In this document: in pieces, positions 28,708 through 39,597 of the stretch
Layout of the letters: each line of letters opens with the position of its first letter
Position numbering within the stretch: the stretch's first letter is position 1
Assembly: GCA_014730255.1 (NCBI GenBank)
Contig: WJIQ01000238.1
Location: 1-56,154 of the forward strand
DNA: 56,154 nt
Source of the DNA: a bacterium
Lineage (GTDB): Bacteria; Krumholzibacteriota; Krumholzibacteriia; LZORAL124-64-63
Direction of reading: 5' to 3'
The notes under the pieces: generated by a model
Database searches by the model: none
What the model was told of the DNA's origin: nothing
What the model saw: only the letters and a program-made list of their open reading frames with translations
Made by a program: the position numbers and the translations under genes

Positions 28708-29907
28708 TCACGGACGGTCCGCCGGGTTCCGGCGCGCGCGGCGATGGAGGACCACCTGGCCGGCGATGGCGACGGTCACGAGCGCGGCGGCGAACCAGTA
28801 TGGAGCGGCCAGGCCGAGGCCCCGGTCGACCAGCACGCCGGCGATCAGGGGAGGCAGGAACCCGCCGGCACCGATCAGGCCCTCGTGGATCCCGGCGCGC
28901 TGGCCGCGCGTCGCGGGGTTCTGCAGGCTGGCGGTGATGCTGGCCTGGTAGGCCACGCCGCAGCCGAGGCCCACCAGCGGGGCGGTCAGGATCAGGCCCG
29001 CGAACCCTCCGAGCCAGGGCAGGATCACCAGGGCCGCCAGGTGCCCGAGCTGCGGAACCCAGAGACGGGCCTCGGTCCAGCGCACGCGGTTCAGCCGGCC
29101 CAGGACCCAGAACAGCAGCGTCTGGCTGCCCAGGATGGCGCCCAGATACCAGCCGTACAGGTCGGCCTGCCAGCCGCGGTGCTCGAAGAACTGCGGCAGG
29201 TGGTAGGTGAGGATGCCGAAGGAGCCGTAGGCGGCGGTGTTGGCCAGCCAGCTCATGGCGAGCAGCGCGGCCGGCTGCGCGGGCGCCGCCGGCAGCGGCG
29301 CCGTGGCCGGGCCGGTCGGTTCGTCGCCCGGCGCGCCGGTCTGCGGACCACGCTCGCGCGGCAGGGTCAGGGCGGCCGCGATCACGCAGCCGGCGCCCGT
29401 CAGGTAGGTGGCCTGGAAGCCGGCGGTCGACAGCAGCAGGCCGCCGACCACGAAGCCCAGGCTCTTGCCCGTCGACCAGGCGAGGTTGAACCGGCCGAGC
29501 ACCACGCCCTGGTCGGCCGGCGGCGTGCGATCGCCGATGGTCGCCTGCACCGGCGGCCAGTAGAGCGCCTTGCCCAGGCCCATGAGCACCTGCAGGCCGA
29601 TGAGGACCTCCAGCCACGGCACGAGCCAGGCGGCGACCGCGCAGGCCACGAGGGAGAATGCCCCGGCCGTCGACAGGAGACGCCGCGGCACGCGGTCGCT
29701 CAGGCGACCGATGGTCGGCGCGGCCACGATGTACGAGGCCGCGCCGACGGCGGCGATCGTGCCGAGGGCCACGCTGCCGCCGCCGAGCGCGAGCACCTTG
29801 AACGGCATCGCCGCCATGATCAGGAAGAAGCCACCATCCATGCCGGCCGGCGAGAGGAAGTAGCCGACCGGCAGGGACCGTCCGCGGGTGGCTCGGCGCG
29901 CAGGCAA
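28708..29907 (-). CDS. MFS transporter
   Basis: About 12 hydrophobic segments; motif A GRLSDRVPRR. The TTG start is uncertain. Confidence 0.85.
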   Translation of the reverse strand: MPARRATRGRSLPVGYFLSPAGMDGGFFLIMAAMPFKVLALGGGSVALGTIAAVGAASYIVAAPTIGRLSDRVPRRLLSTAGAFSLVACAVAAWLVPWLEVLIGLQVLMGLGKALYWPPVQATIGDRTPPADQGVVLGRFNLAWSTGKSLGFVVGGLLLSTAGFQATYLTGAGCVIAAALTLPRERGPQTGAPGDEPTGPATAPLPAAPAQPAALLAMSWLANTAAYGSFGILTYHLPQFFEHRGWQADLYGWYLGAILGSQTLLFWVLGRLNRVRWTEARLWVPQLGHLAALVILPWLGGFAGLILTAPLVGLGCGVAYQASITASLQNPATRGQRAGIHEGLIGAGGFLPPLIAGVLVDRGLGLAAPYWFAAALVTVAIAGQVVLHRRARRNPADRP

Positions 29908-31308
29908 CTACTGGTACTCCGCGCCGAGGAAGATGATCGAGAAGAGGATCGCCCCGACCGCCAGCGGCGCGACGTAGCGCAGGGACTGGCGGATCAACGG
30001 GCCGATCCAGCCGAGCCGCCCGTGCCCCTCGGCGAGCTCGTCCTCGATGTCCCGGGCAGCCATGATCCAGCCGACGAAGATCGCCACCAGCAGGCCGCCG
30101 ACCGGCAGCAGCCAGTTGGCCGCGAGGTAGTCGAACGAGGAGAAGAGACCGACCGTCGAGTCCTTGCCGAACAGGTTCAGGCGCGACAGGGTCTCGCTCG
30201 CGCCCAGGCTCAGGGCGCTCAGGATGCCGAAGGCGCCGATCACGACGCCCATGGCCACCGTGGCGAAGCGCCGGTTCCAGCCCAGCTCGTCGATGGCGTA
30301 GCTCGAGACGACCTCCATGAGGCTGACCGTCGAGGTCAACGCCGCGAAGGCGACCAGCACGAAGAACAGGCCCAGGACGATGCTGCCGAGCGGCAGCTGC
30401 ACCAGGACGGTCGGCAGGGTCGTGAACAGGATCGTCGCCGACTGCGTGATCTCCAGGTCGAAGGTGAAGATGATCGAGAACATGATCACGCAGGCCAGGA
30501 TGCCCATCATCGAGTCCAGGATGCAGATCTCGGTGACCGAGCGCGGGATGCTGCTCTTCCGCTGCATGTAGCTGCCGTAGGTGAGCATGGCGCCCATGCC
30601 CAGGCTGAGCGAGAAGAACGCCTGGCCGACCGCCTCGAGGATCGAACTGGCCTCGAGGTCGCCGAAGTTCGGCCGGAACAGGAACCGCATGGCGTCGCCG
30701 AAGCCGCTCGTGGTGGTCGAGTAGATCACCAGGAAGAGGATGATGGCGAAGAGCAGCGGCATGAGCACCTTGGCCACGCGCTCGATGCCCTTCTTGACCC
30801 CGAAGAACACCGCCGAGACGGTCGCGGCCATGAAGACGAGGTGGTAGCCGATCTGCTTCGGCCCGCTGGCCAGGAACTCGTTCAGGAAATGGTCCTGCAG
30901 CGCCGTGGCGTCCCGCGCCAGGACCGCCAGCTCGCCCTGGATCGACATGAGCACGTAGTGCAGGGTCCAGCCGGCGACGACGCTGTAATAGGAGAGGATG
31001 ATGAAGCCGGCGGTCACGCCGAGGAATCCGAGGCCCGCCCAGAGCCTGCCGCCGGGGCGGTCGGTGCCGAGCTTCAGGAAGGCGCCCACGGGACTGCGCC
31101 GGGCGCGCCGGCCGACGATCACCTCGGCCGCCATGATGGGAAAGCCCACCAGCACCACCGCGGCGATGTAGATCAGGACGAAGGCGCCGCCCTCGTTCTG
31201 ATGCGTGACGTACGGGAATTTCCAGAGGTTGCCCAGTCCGATGGCGCTGCCGGCGGCCGCCAGGATGAAGCCCAGCCGCCCGCTCCACTGACCGCGTTCT
31301 TGCTGCAT
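29908..31308 (-). CDS. Sodium-dependent transporter (NSS/SNF family)
   Basis: AAGSAIGLGNLWKFPY, GGAFVLIY, GQAFFSLSLGMG..TYGSY. Confidence 0.95.
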   Translation of the reverse strand: MQQERGQWSGRLGFILAAAGSAIGLGNLWKFPYVTHQNEGGAFVLIYIAAVVLVGFPIMAAEVIVGRRARRSPVGAFLKLGTDRPGGRLWAGLGFLGVTAGFIILSYYSVVAGWTLHYVLMSIQGELAVLARDATALQDHFLNEFLASGPKQIGYHLVFMAATVSAVFFGVKKGIERVAKVLMPLLFAIILFLVIYSTTTSGFGDAMRFLFRPNFGDLEASSILEAVGQAFFSLSLGMGAMLTYGSYMQRKSSIPRSVTEICILDSMMGILACVIMFSIIFTFDLEITQSATILFTTLPTVLVQLPLGSIVLGLFFVLVAFAALTSTVSLMEVVSSYAIDELGWNRRFATVAMGVVIGAFGILSALSLGASETLSRLNLFGKDSTVGLFSSFDYLAANWLLPVGGLLVAIFVGWIMAARDIEDELAEGHGRLGWIGPLIRQSLRYVAPLAVGAILFSIIFLGAEYQ

Positions 31309-31387
31309 GCCGACACCCTTTCCGGTCGCCTCCGCGGCGCCATGCCGCGACGGAATCCGGGCAGACTAGGGCAAATACGAGCCTCTT

Positions 31388-32329
31388 TCAAGAACTCGCC
31401 GTCCGGTCGCCGAAGCGCTCGACCAGGAGGCCCTCGCGCAGGCCGGCGGCCGAGATCGTCGGCGCGACCGACGACCACCGCGCGGCGATGCCGGCCAGGA
31501 TGACGGTTCCGGCGAGGATGACGGCCGCACGATCCGGATGCAGGCCGTCCAGCGCGCGCCGGTCCGTGAGCGACAGCGGCGTCAGACGGGCGATCTGCGC
31601 GTCGATGACCGCGGCCGGCAGCGGCTGGCCGTGGATCCGGTCGCCGTCGGCGATGGCCTCGCCCCGGTACAGCGCCAGGACGCTGCCGGGAGTGGCGCCG
31701 ATGCCCAGGAGACGGCGGACCGGGCCCGGATCGGGCACCTCGGCGAGCCTGGCGTCGACCGCCGCGCGCGCCCGGGCGACCGTCGCGCCGTCGACCGGCC
31801 CGTCGAGCCCGAACGCACGGGTCAGCGTGATGGTGCCCAGGTCCAGGCTCTGGCGGCCGAGCAGCTCCGGGCCGCGGCCCCAGGCCACCTCCGTGCTCCG
31901 GCCGCCGATGTCGCAGGCGAGGTCCAGGCCGGTCCCGTCCGGGGCCGGGAGCAGGGCGACGGCGCCGCGGTAGGCCAGGCGAGCCTCGTCCTCGCCGCTG
32001 ACGATCTCCAGCTCCAGACCGGTGGCGGCCGCGACCTCGCGGACGAACCGATCGGCGTCGCGGGCACGCCGCAGGACGGCGGTGCCGGCGGCCACGCGGG
32101 CGACCACGCCGTGCTGCCGACCGATGCGGCAGAAGTCCGACAGGGCCGCCAGGGTGCGGCGCCGCCCCTCGTCGGGCAGTCCGTCGCGACCGACGTCGCC
32201 GAGGCCGAGGCCGGTGATCCGGACGTCCTCCCGATCCCGCTGCCAGGTGCCGTCGTCGCGGCGATGGGCGATGGTCAGCTTCACCGAGTGGCTGCCGACG
32301 TCGATGGCGGCCAGGGGGGCGTCGGTCAT
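31388..32329 (-). CDS. ppx: Ppx/GppA family phosphatase (short form)
   Basis: AAIDVGSHS, SGEDEA, DIGGRSTE, DRAAVI, GLREG. Confidence 0.88.
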   Translation of the reverse strand: MTDAPLAAIDVGSHSVKLTIAHRRDDGTWQRDREDVRITGLGLGDVGRDGLPDEGRRRTLAALSDFCRIGRQHGVVARVAAGTAVLRRARDADRFVREVAAATGLELEIVSGEDEARLAYRGAVALLPAPDGTGLDLACDIGGRSTEVAWGRGPELLGRQSLDLGTITLTRAFGLDGPVDGATVARARAAVDARLAEVPDPGPVRRLLGIGATPGSVLALYRGEAIADGDRIHGQPLPAAVIDAQIARLTPLSLTDRRALDGLHPDRAAVILAGTVILAGIAARWSSVAPTISAAGLREGLLVERFGDRTASS

Positions 32330-32343
32330 GTCGGGACCCCACG

Positions 32344-32374
32344 AAAAAGGCCCGACACGATGGTCGGGCCTTCT
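32344..32374 (-). terminator. Intrinsic terminator after tRNA-Met
   Basis: AAGGCCCGAC/GTCGGGCCTT stem, with a U-tract on the minus strand. Confidence 0.75.
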
Positions 32375-32381
32375 CGATATG

Positions 32382-32458
<77 letters not shown>

Positions 32459-32481
32459 CCCAGAACTCGCTTGGGTGGGCC

Positions 32482-32510
32482 AAAGTAGGCCGCGCCCAGG
32501 CAGATGTCAA
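32482..32510 (-). promoter_or_regulatory. Sigma70 promoter of tRNA-fMet
   Basis: TTGACA-17 nt-TACTTT; the -35 box overlaps the ftsB stop codon. Confidence 0.7.
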
Positions 32511-32875
32511 GGTTCTGTTCGGCCGTCTTCCGGCTCGATCACGAGCCGGATCACCTGCTCGCCCTCGCGCCGCATGTTGTAGCGCTCGCGCGCCAGCGTC
32601 TCCAGGGCCTCCGGATCCTCGCGCAGCGCCTCGAGCCGCGCCTCCAGGTCGAGGTTCCCGGCCTCGAGGGCCGCGCGCTCGGCCACCAGCGCGTCCCGCT
32701 GCCGCACCAGGTGCCAGTAGGCGCCCAGGCCGTTCTCGCCCAGCAGGGACGAGAGCGCCAGGAGCGCCACGGTGATCACCAGCAACCAGGTCAGGGGCCG
32801 CCCCGACAGGCGTCGCCGCGGTCGCGGCCTCCAGAAGGCCGCGCCTGGCGCCGCGGGGACATCCTTGTCCGGCAT
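32507..32875 (-). CDS. ftsB: Septum formation initiator (FtsB/DivIC family)
   Basis: Single TM, GENGL, coiled coil, LETLARERYNMRREGE; conserved position downstream of eno. Confidence 0.85.
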   Translation of the reverse strand: MPDKDVPAAPGAAFWRPRPRRRLSGRPLTWLLVITVALLALSSLLGENGLGAYWHLVRQRDALVAERAALEAGNLDLEARLEALREDPEALETLARERYNMRREGEQVIRLVIEPEDGRTEP

Positions 32876-32905
32876 CCGTGCCGTCCTTTCGCGCGATCGG
32901 GCCAG

Positions 32906-34289
<1,384 letters not shown>

Positions 34290-34354
34290 CGCGGTTGGCG
34301 TCCGGTCGAACGCGTTGTTGACCCGGTGCGTGAAGCCTGCGATTTTCTTACGCC

Positions 34355-34936
34355 ATGTTCGACAAGCGCGCCGATCTCCGCACCATCCGTCGCTGCAAGC
34401 GGGGCGAGGAGGACGCCTTCCAGGAGGTCCTCGATCGCTACCGCACGCCCATCTACAACCTCTGCTGGCGGATGACCCGCAACGACGAGGACGCGCGGGA
34501 TCTGGCGCAGGAGGTCTTCATCAAGGTCTTCCGGCTGCTCGACCGTTACGACGAGCAGTACGCGTTCAGCAGCTGGCTCTTCCGCATCGCTACCAACCAC
34601 TGCATCGATCACCTGCGGCGCCAGCGCCTGCGCTTCCTCTCGGTCGAGCGCGATGGAGCCGGCGAGGAGGAGGAGGCGGAGATGCAGATCCCCAGCGAGG
34701 GACCGGAGCCCGATGTCGTGCTGGAGCGGCGCCAGGCGCTGGAGAAGCTGGAGGAGGTGATCGCCGAGCTGCCGCCGCACTACCGGGTGATCACGCTGCT
34801 CCGCCACGACCAGCAGCTGTCGTACGAGGAGATCGCCGAGTCGCTGCAGCTGCCGCTCGGCACGGTGAAGGCCCGCATCCATCGGGCCCGGAACATGATC
34901 CAGCAGATGCTCGAGTCCAGGAAGTACGAGATATAG
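34355..34936 (+). CDS. ECF RNA polymerase sigma factor (SigW/RpoE-like)
   Basis: Region 2 DLAQEVFIK...FSSWLFRIATNHCIDHLRR; region 4 LSYEEIAESLQLPLGTVKARIHRAR. Confidence 0.94.
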   Translation: MFDKRADLRTIRRCKRGEEDAFQEVLDRYRTPIYNLCWRMTRNDEDARDLAQEVFIKVFRLLDRYDEQYAFSSWLFRIATNHCIDHLRRQRLRFLSVERDGAGEEEEAEMQIPSEGPEPDVVLERRQALEKLEEVIAELPPHYRVITLLRHDQQLSYEEIAESLQLPLGTVKARIHRARNMIQQMLESRKYEI

Positions 34937-34964
34937 TGCAACCCGACCTCGGGGCGATCCGTAT
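34937..34964 (+). promoter_or_regulatory. Putative ECF promoter upstream of the anti-sigma gene
   Basis: TGCAAC-17 nt-CGTAT, starting at the first base after the sigma stop codon. Confidence 0.5.
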
Positions 34965-35125
34965 GAGAACTCGACAGCACGATGAAGGACCGTGGCGGGC
35001 GGACATGTCGTTGTCGGGGGATACGTCGTCTGCCGCGGTCGAGGGAGCGGGGGCGCTGGGCGCGCCCGCTCCCGACCACAGCCAGGAGCGCCGATCACCG
35101 ACCACCGGCGAGGAGAACGAGACCC

Positions 35126-35647
35126 ATGAGTAGCCAGCATTCCGGTCAGGCGCCCCACCTGTCCTGCGGTGAATGCCAGTCGCGGCTGCAGGACTATCTC
35201 GACGACGCGCTCGCGCGTCCGGACTCGATGCAGGTGTACCTGCACGTCCGCGAGTGCGCCGATTGCGCCGAGGCGCTGGCCAGGCTCGAGACGCTGGTCG
35301 CCCGCCTCGAGAGCCTGCCCGGGCGCGAGGCGCCGGCGGACTTCGACGCGCGCGTCCTCGCGTCCGTGCCCTATGAATCGTACCGTGCGATGGCCGCCCT
35401 GCGGGCGCCGCGCGTGCCGACGTTCCTGGCATCCGACAGCCTGCCGGCCTGGATCCGCCGGCCGGTGGTGCGGATGGCCGGGGCCGGGCTCGCGGCGGTG
35501 GCCGCGGCCGCGTGGTCGACCATCCTGCCCGAACCGACGCTGCTGATCGCCGCCGCGCTGGGGCTCGTGCCGGAGCTGCTGGTCCGGCTGCAGGCCGGCG
35601 GGCGGCTCGTGGCGCAGGCGCTGGCCCAGGGGCGCGAGAGGACCTGA
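35126..35647 (+). CDS. Zinc-binding anti-sigma factor (zf-HC2)
   Basis: C...LQDYLD...HVRECADC (HxxxCxxC) with C-terminal TM segments; GAGGAG SD before ATG at 35126. Confidence 0.85.
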   Translation: MSSQHSGQAPHLSCGECQSRLQDYLDDALARPDSMQVYLHVRECADCAEALARLETLVARLESLPGREAPADFDARVLASVPYESYRAMAALRAPRVPTFLASDSLPAWIRRPVVRMAGAGLAAVAAAAWSTILPEPTLLIAAALGLVPELLVRLQAGGRLVAQALAQGRERT

Positions 35648-35648
35648 G

Positions 35649-37115
35649 ATGAGCCCACGGGGCGCACAGGGAGCGATCTCGAGGCTGCGCGCGATCATCG
35701 CGGGTGCCGTTCTGACGTTGATCGCCATGGGCGCCATGCCCGTCGTGGCCCAGACCACGGAGACGTCGCAGCCCGCCCCGCCGCCGCCCCCGCCCGGCGA
35801 GCGGGAACTGGCCGAGCGCCTGGCCGAGAAGGAGGCGCTCAAGCAGCAGATCCGCGAGTATTCCGCCCTGGTGCAGGCCCTGCGCGAGACCCTGGCCGCG
35901 CGCGAGACCTCCGCGCCGCGCGCCGAGGAGATCGAGCGCACCGTCCAGGAGCTGAGCCTGGCCATCGGCGAGATCACCGACCAGCTGGCCGACCTCGACC
36001 TCGACGTGGTCGAGAACCGCGTGCGCCTGCGGGACGGCCGCGGGGGCGAGGTCACCCTCGAGATCCCCGAGGACCTGCCCGAGCAGCTCAGCGCCGGGCT
36101 CTCGTCGATCACGCGGATGTTCCTCGAGGAGCTTCCCGACACCGTCCGCATCGACGAGATCGAGACCGGGTTCAACTGGTCGTTCGGCGACCGCGGCATC
36201 CAGGTGCTGCCGTCGGAGCGGCCGGCGAAGCGCCGGGTGATCGAGGGCGGACTGGTCAAGATCCGCGACGACATGGAGATCAAGGCCAGCGAGGACGTCG
36301 ACGGCGACGCGGTCGCCATCATGGGCGATGCGACGGTGGCCGGCCGGGTGACGGGCGACCTGGTGGTCGTGCTCGGCGACGTCGAGCTCGCCGAGACCGC
36401 CGTGGTGGACGGGCAGGTCATCACGATCCTCGGTCGCCTCGACCGCGCCGACGGGGCCGAGGTCGGCAGCGTGACCGTGGTCAGTCCGGGCGACGCGGGC
36501 CTGTCCGGCGGCTGGTCCGCCGGTTCGAGCGGCTGGGTGGCCTTCGGCTCCTACCAGCTCCTCTTCCTGATCCTGGTGGCCTGCGCGCTGCTCCTCCTGG
36601 CGCTCACCCCCCGGGCCCGGCTCGAGGCGCTCGTCGAGACGGCCGAGCGACGCCTGCCCGCCAGCCTCGGCCTGGGACTGCTGGCGGTGTTCGTCGGGCA
36701 CGTGCTGGTGGTGGGCCTCGCCGGCATCCTGGTCCTGACCGTGATCGGCATCCCCGTGGCGCTGCTGGTGCTTGCGGCGCTGCTGGTGCTCGACCTGGCC
36801 GCCATCGCCACCGGCGCGGTGCTGGTCGGTCGCTGGTCCTGCCGGCAACTGGGACTTCCGTGCGGGTATCCGTGGCGTGAACTCCTGCTCGGCCTCGTCG
36901 TCCTGCACGTCCCGGCGTTCCTCTCCTCCTTCCTCGGCGCCGTGGCCGCGCCGGTGGGGCTCGTGCTGGCGCTCGGCTGGATCGGGGCCATGGTCAAGGC
37001 CGCCGTCCTCGCCATCGGCCTCGGCGCGCTGCTGCTCGGGCGTTTCGGCGCCTCGACGACCGCGCCTCCGGCCCCGCCGGCCGCCGCACCGCTGGTCGAG
37101 AACCCCGGGCGTTGA
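35649..37115 (+). CDS. Membrane protein with bactofilin/polymer-forming-like repeats
   Basis: Signal peptide, coiled coil, repeats DGDAVAIMGDATVAGRVTGDLVVVLGDV...VDGQVITILG, multi-TM C-terminus (VLTVIGIPVA). Confidence 0.75.
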   Translation: MSPRGAQGAISRLRAIIAGAVLTLIAMGAMPVVAQTTETSQPAPPPPPPGERELAERLAEKEALKQQIREYSALVQALRETLAARETSAPRAEEIERTVQELSLAIGEITDQLADLDLDVVENRVRLRDGRGGEVTLEIPEDLPEQLSAGLSSITRMFLEELPDTVRIDEIETGFNWSFGDRGIQVLPSERPAKRRVIEGGLVKIRDDMEIKASEDVDGDAVAIMGDATVAGRVTGDLVVVLGDVELAETAVVDGQVITILGRLDRADGAEVGSVTVVSPGDAGLSGGWSAGSSGWVAFGSYQLLFLILVACALLLLALTPRARLEALVETAERRLPASLGLGLLAVFVGHVLVVGLAGILVLTVIGIPVALLVLAALLVLDLAAIATGAVLVGRWSCRQLGLPCGYPWRELLLGLVVLHVPAFLSSFLGAVAAPVGLVLALGWIGAMVKAAVLAIGLGALLLGRFGASTTAPPAPPAAAPLVENPGR

Positions 37116-37306
37116 CTGCCGATCGCATCGGGCCATTTCACCCGGTCCATCGCGCCATCCGACCCACCCCGGCCTCCCGGAGGCCGCGGCCGCCGGGCCG
37201 GGCTTGAGCCCGTCCGGCATTTCGTGATATCATAAAACATGACATGGCGACGATTTGGGCCCGGCCGACGGTCGTCGAGGCGTCCCGGGACGCCCGATGC
37301 CCGGCG

Positions 37307-37323
37307 CTGGTATGGCACGTGCG
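37307..37323 (+). promoter_or_regulatory. Putative sigma54 promoter
   Basis: CTGGTATG-GCAC-GTGCG with exact GG-N10-GC spacing; an AT-rich palindromic patch lies at 37225-37244. Confidence 0.4.
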
Positions 37324-37438
37324 TGATTTGGCGTGACGGACGGCCACGATGGACCCGACGACCCGAGGATGTCCCATGACGGCGCGACAGGGAGCGAGCA
37401 TCCACATGATCGAACGCCGGGCAGCAGGAGGGCGAGCG

Positions 37439-38458
37439 ATGGAACGGCGGGCGCCGTGGGCCGTCCTGGTGCTGCTCGCCCTCGCGGCCGCCGCGCAGGC
37501 CGCCCCCCTCGCGGTGTCCCGGCCGCTCGAGGTCGCCGGACCGACGGGCCTGCGGGCGACCATCCACGGGGCCGACGAGATCGGCAGCCGCTGGCTCGTG
37601 CACGAGGACGGGCGCACGTTCCTGCGCCACCCGGACGCCGGCGAGGTCGAGCTCGCCGTCGACGAGGACCCGTCCGCCCTCGTCCCCGTGGACGTCGATG
37701 CGGTGGCCGCCGCCCTCGAGGCGGTGCAGGGGTTCCGGACGGAGCTGCGGGTGCGGGTCTTCGTGCTACCGTCGCTGCCGGCCGGGGTCATGGGCAGCTT
37801 CGCGCGGCGCGACGCGATCTTCCTGGCGCCGCAGTTCGGCCGGCCGGCGGCCGAGACCCTCGCGTACCTCGTCGCGCACGAGCTCGGCCACGTGCTCTGC
37901 TGGCACGCGGTCGACGGGCGCCCCGCCCGCTGGGAGCGCTACCGCGAGCTGCGCGGCCTCGGCGAGCAGGACGACCCCGCCTCCGTGCCCCATGCCGAGC
38001 GCCATCGCGAGATCATCGCCGAGGACTTCCGCTTCCTGTTCGGCGGCGAGCTGGCGACTATCTCGGGCACCATCGAGAACGCCACGCTGCCGCTGCCGGA
38101 CATGGTTCCCGGCCTGCGGGACCTGCTGGTCGAGTACCTGGCCAGCGCCGGCCACGAGGACCGCCTGCAGGCGAGCACGGTCTACCCGAATCCCTGCCGG
38201 GAGCAGGCGCGCGTCGAGCTCAGCCTCGCGACCGGGTCGGACAAGACCATCGGCGCGGCCCCCGTGCTGGAGATCTACGACGTGCGCGGCCGGCTCGTGC
38301 GCCGCGTCCGCGATGGCGGCATCGCCAATGGCCGGGCGACCGTCACCTGGGACGGCCGCGGCAACGATGGGCGGCGCGCGGCGAGCGGCCTCTATCTCTA
38401 CCGGATCCGGGCCGGGCGCGACCTGGGGTCGGGCCGCCTGCTGCTGATCGACCGCTGA
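37439..38458 (+). CDS. Secreted zinc metallopeptidase-like protein with C-terminal FlgD-Ig/CTD-type domain
   Basis: Signal peptide (LLALAAAAQA), HELGH, EIIAEDFR; C-terminal VYPNP...LEIYDVRGRLVR...WDGRGNDGRRAASGLYLYR; AGGAGG SD. Confidence 0.82.
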   Translation: MERRAPWAVLVLLALAAAAQAAPLAVSRPLEVAGPTGLRATIHGADEIGSRWLVHEDGRTFLRHPDAGEVELAVDEDPSALVPVDVDAVAAALEAVQGFRTELRVRVFVLPSLPAGVMGSFARRDAIFLAPQFGRPAAETLAYLVAHELGHVLCWHAVDGRPARWERYRELRGLGEQDDPASVPHAERHREIIAEDFRFLFGGELATISGTIENATLPLPDMVPGLRDLLVEYLASAGHEDRLQASTVYPNPCREQARVELSLATGSDKTIGAAPVLEIYDVRGRLVRRVRDGGIANGRATVTWDGRGNDGRRAASGLYLYRIRAGRDLGSGRLLLIDR

Positions 38459-38556
38459 TCTCCGCCTCGACTGCCCCGGCTGGACGAATCCTGTCCCGGT
38501 GACGACCATGATGGTACCGTCGGCGACCATGAGCCACGCCATCTCCGGAGCCGGTC

Positions 38557-39597
38557 ATGCCCAGGACGCCAGTCGCCATCGCTCGCCGGGTCGCCATCGG
38601 GCTGCTGCTCGTCATGGCGACCTCCGCGGTGGCCGTGCCCGAGGACGACGACGATGCCCTCGTGGCCATCGACGCCCTGCTGGAGCGTGGCGATGCGGCC
38701 GCGGCCCTGCGGCGGGTCGAGACGCTCCTGGAATCGGGCTCGCTGGAGCGGCGGAACCTCTGGCGGGCCCGCCAGAGGCTGGGCGCCGCCCTGGTCGCCG
38801 TGGGGCGGCCGGACGAGGCGGTGGCGCCGCTCGAGGCGGCGATCCGGGAGGTTCCGGACGATCCCACGCTCCACCTGACGCTCGGACGCGCGCTGCGTGA
38901 TCTGGGGCAGCGCGGCCGTGCGGTCGCCGAGTTCCAGGACGCGCTCGCGCTCGGGGGCGTCGAGCCGCTCTGGCGCCTGGAGTATGCCGCCCTGCTGCGT
39001 GAACTGGGGGCTGCCGCCGAGGCGGCCCGCGAGATCGCGCGCGCTCGCCAGGACTGTGACGGCTGCACGGCGGCCCTCGAAGCGGCGGCCGACCTGCACC
39101 TGGCGCGCGGCGACCACGCGGCCGCCGTGGGCCCCCTGCGCGAGCTGTTCGGGCGCGGGGCCCGACCCGAGCTGCGGGCCAGGCTGCTGGCCGCGCTCTG
39201 GAACGTGGGCGACGCCGCGGGTGTTGCCTCGGTGGTGGATACCATGGCGACCGAGACGCTCACCGGCGACGAGCTGATGATCGTGGCGCAGGCCGACCGC
39301 GCGCTCGGAGCGGCCGGGCGAGCGTGCGACTGGGCGCACGAACCGCCGGTCGGGTTGCCGGACGGGTGGCGTCCGCCGGCGCGATTCTGGGCACTGACGG
39401 CGGAGATCTGCCTGGGCGCGGGGCAGGCGACGGCCGCGCTCACGGCCATCGATCGCGCCCTGGCGCTGGACGACTCGGTCGCGATCCATCATCACAATCG
39501 CGCCGCGGTGCTGCTCGAGCTCGGCCGCGAGCGCGAGGCCCGCGCGGCGCTGGCCGTCGCCCGGCGGCTGGACCCGAACCTGGGGGACCGACCATGA
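38557..39597 (+). CDS. Exported tetratricopeptide repeat protein
   Basis: Signal peptide and several TPR-like units (RLGAALVAVGRPDEAVAPLEAA; HHNRAAVLLELGREREARAAL). Confidence 0.8.
   Translation: MPRTPVAIARRVAIGLLLVMATSAVAVPEDDDDALVAIDALLERGDAAAALRRVETLLESGSLERRNLWRARQRLGAALVAVGRPDEAVAPLEAAIREVPDDPTLHLTLGRALRDLGQRGRAVAEFQDALALGGVEPLWRLEYAALLRELGAAAEAAREIARARQDCDGCTAALEAAADLHLARGDHAAAVGPLRELFGRGARPELRARLLAALWNVGDAAGVASVVDTMATETLTGDELMIVAQADRALGAAGRACDWAHEPPVGLPDGWRPPARFWALTAEICLGAGQATAALTAIDRALALDDSVAIHHHNRAAVLLELGREREARAALAVARRLDPNLGDRP

Noticed and set aside
28646-31288. 1227-aa HemE fusion
   Set aside because: The upstream part is an alternate frame over the MFS and NSS genes. HemE has its own SD and ATG at 28645.
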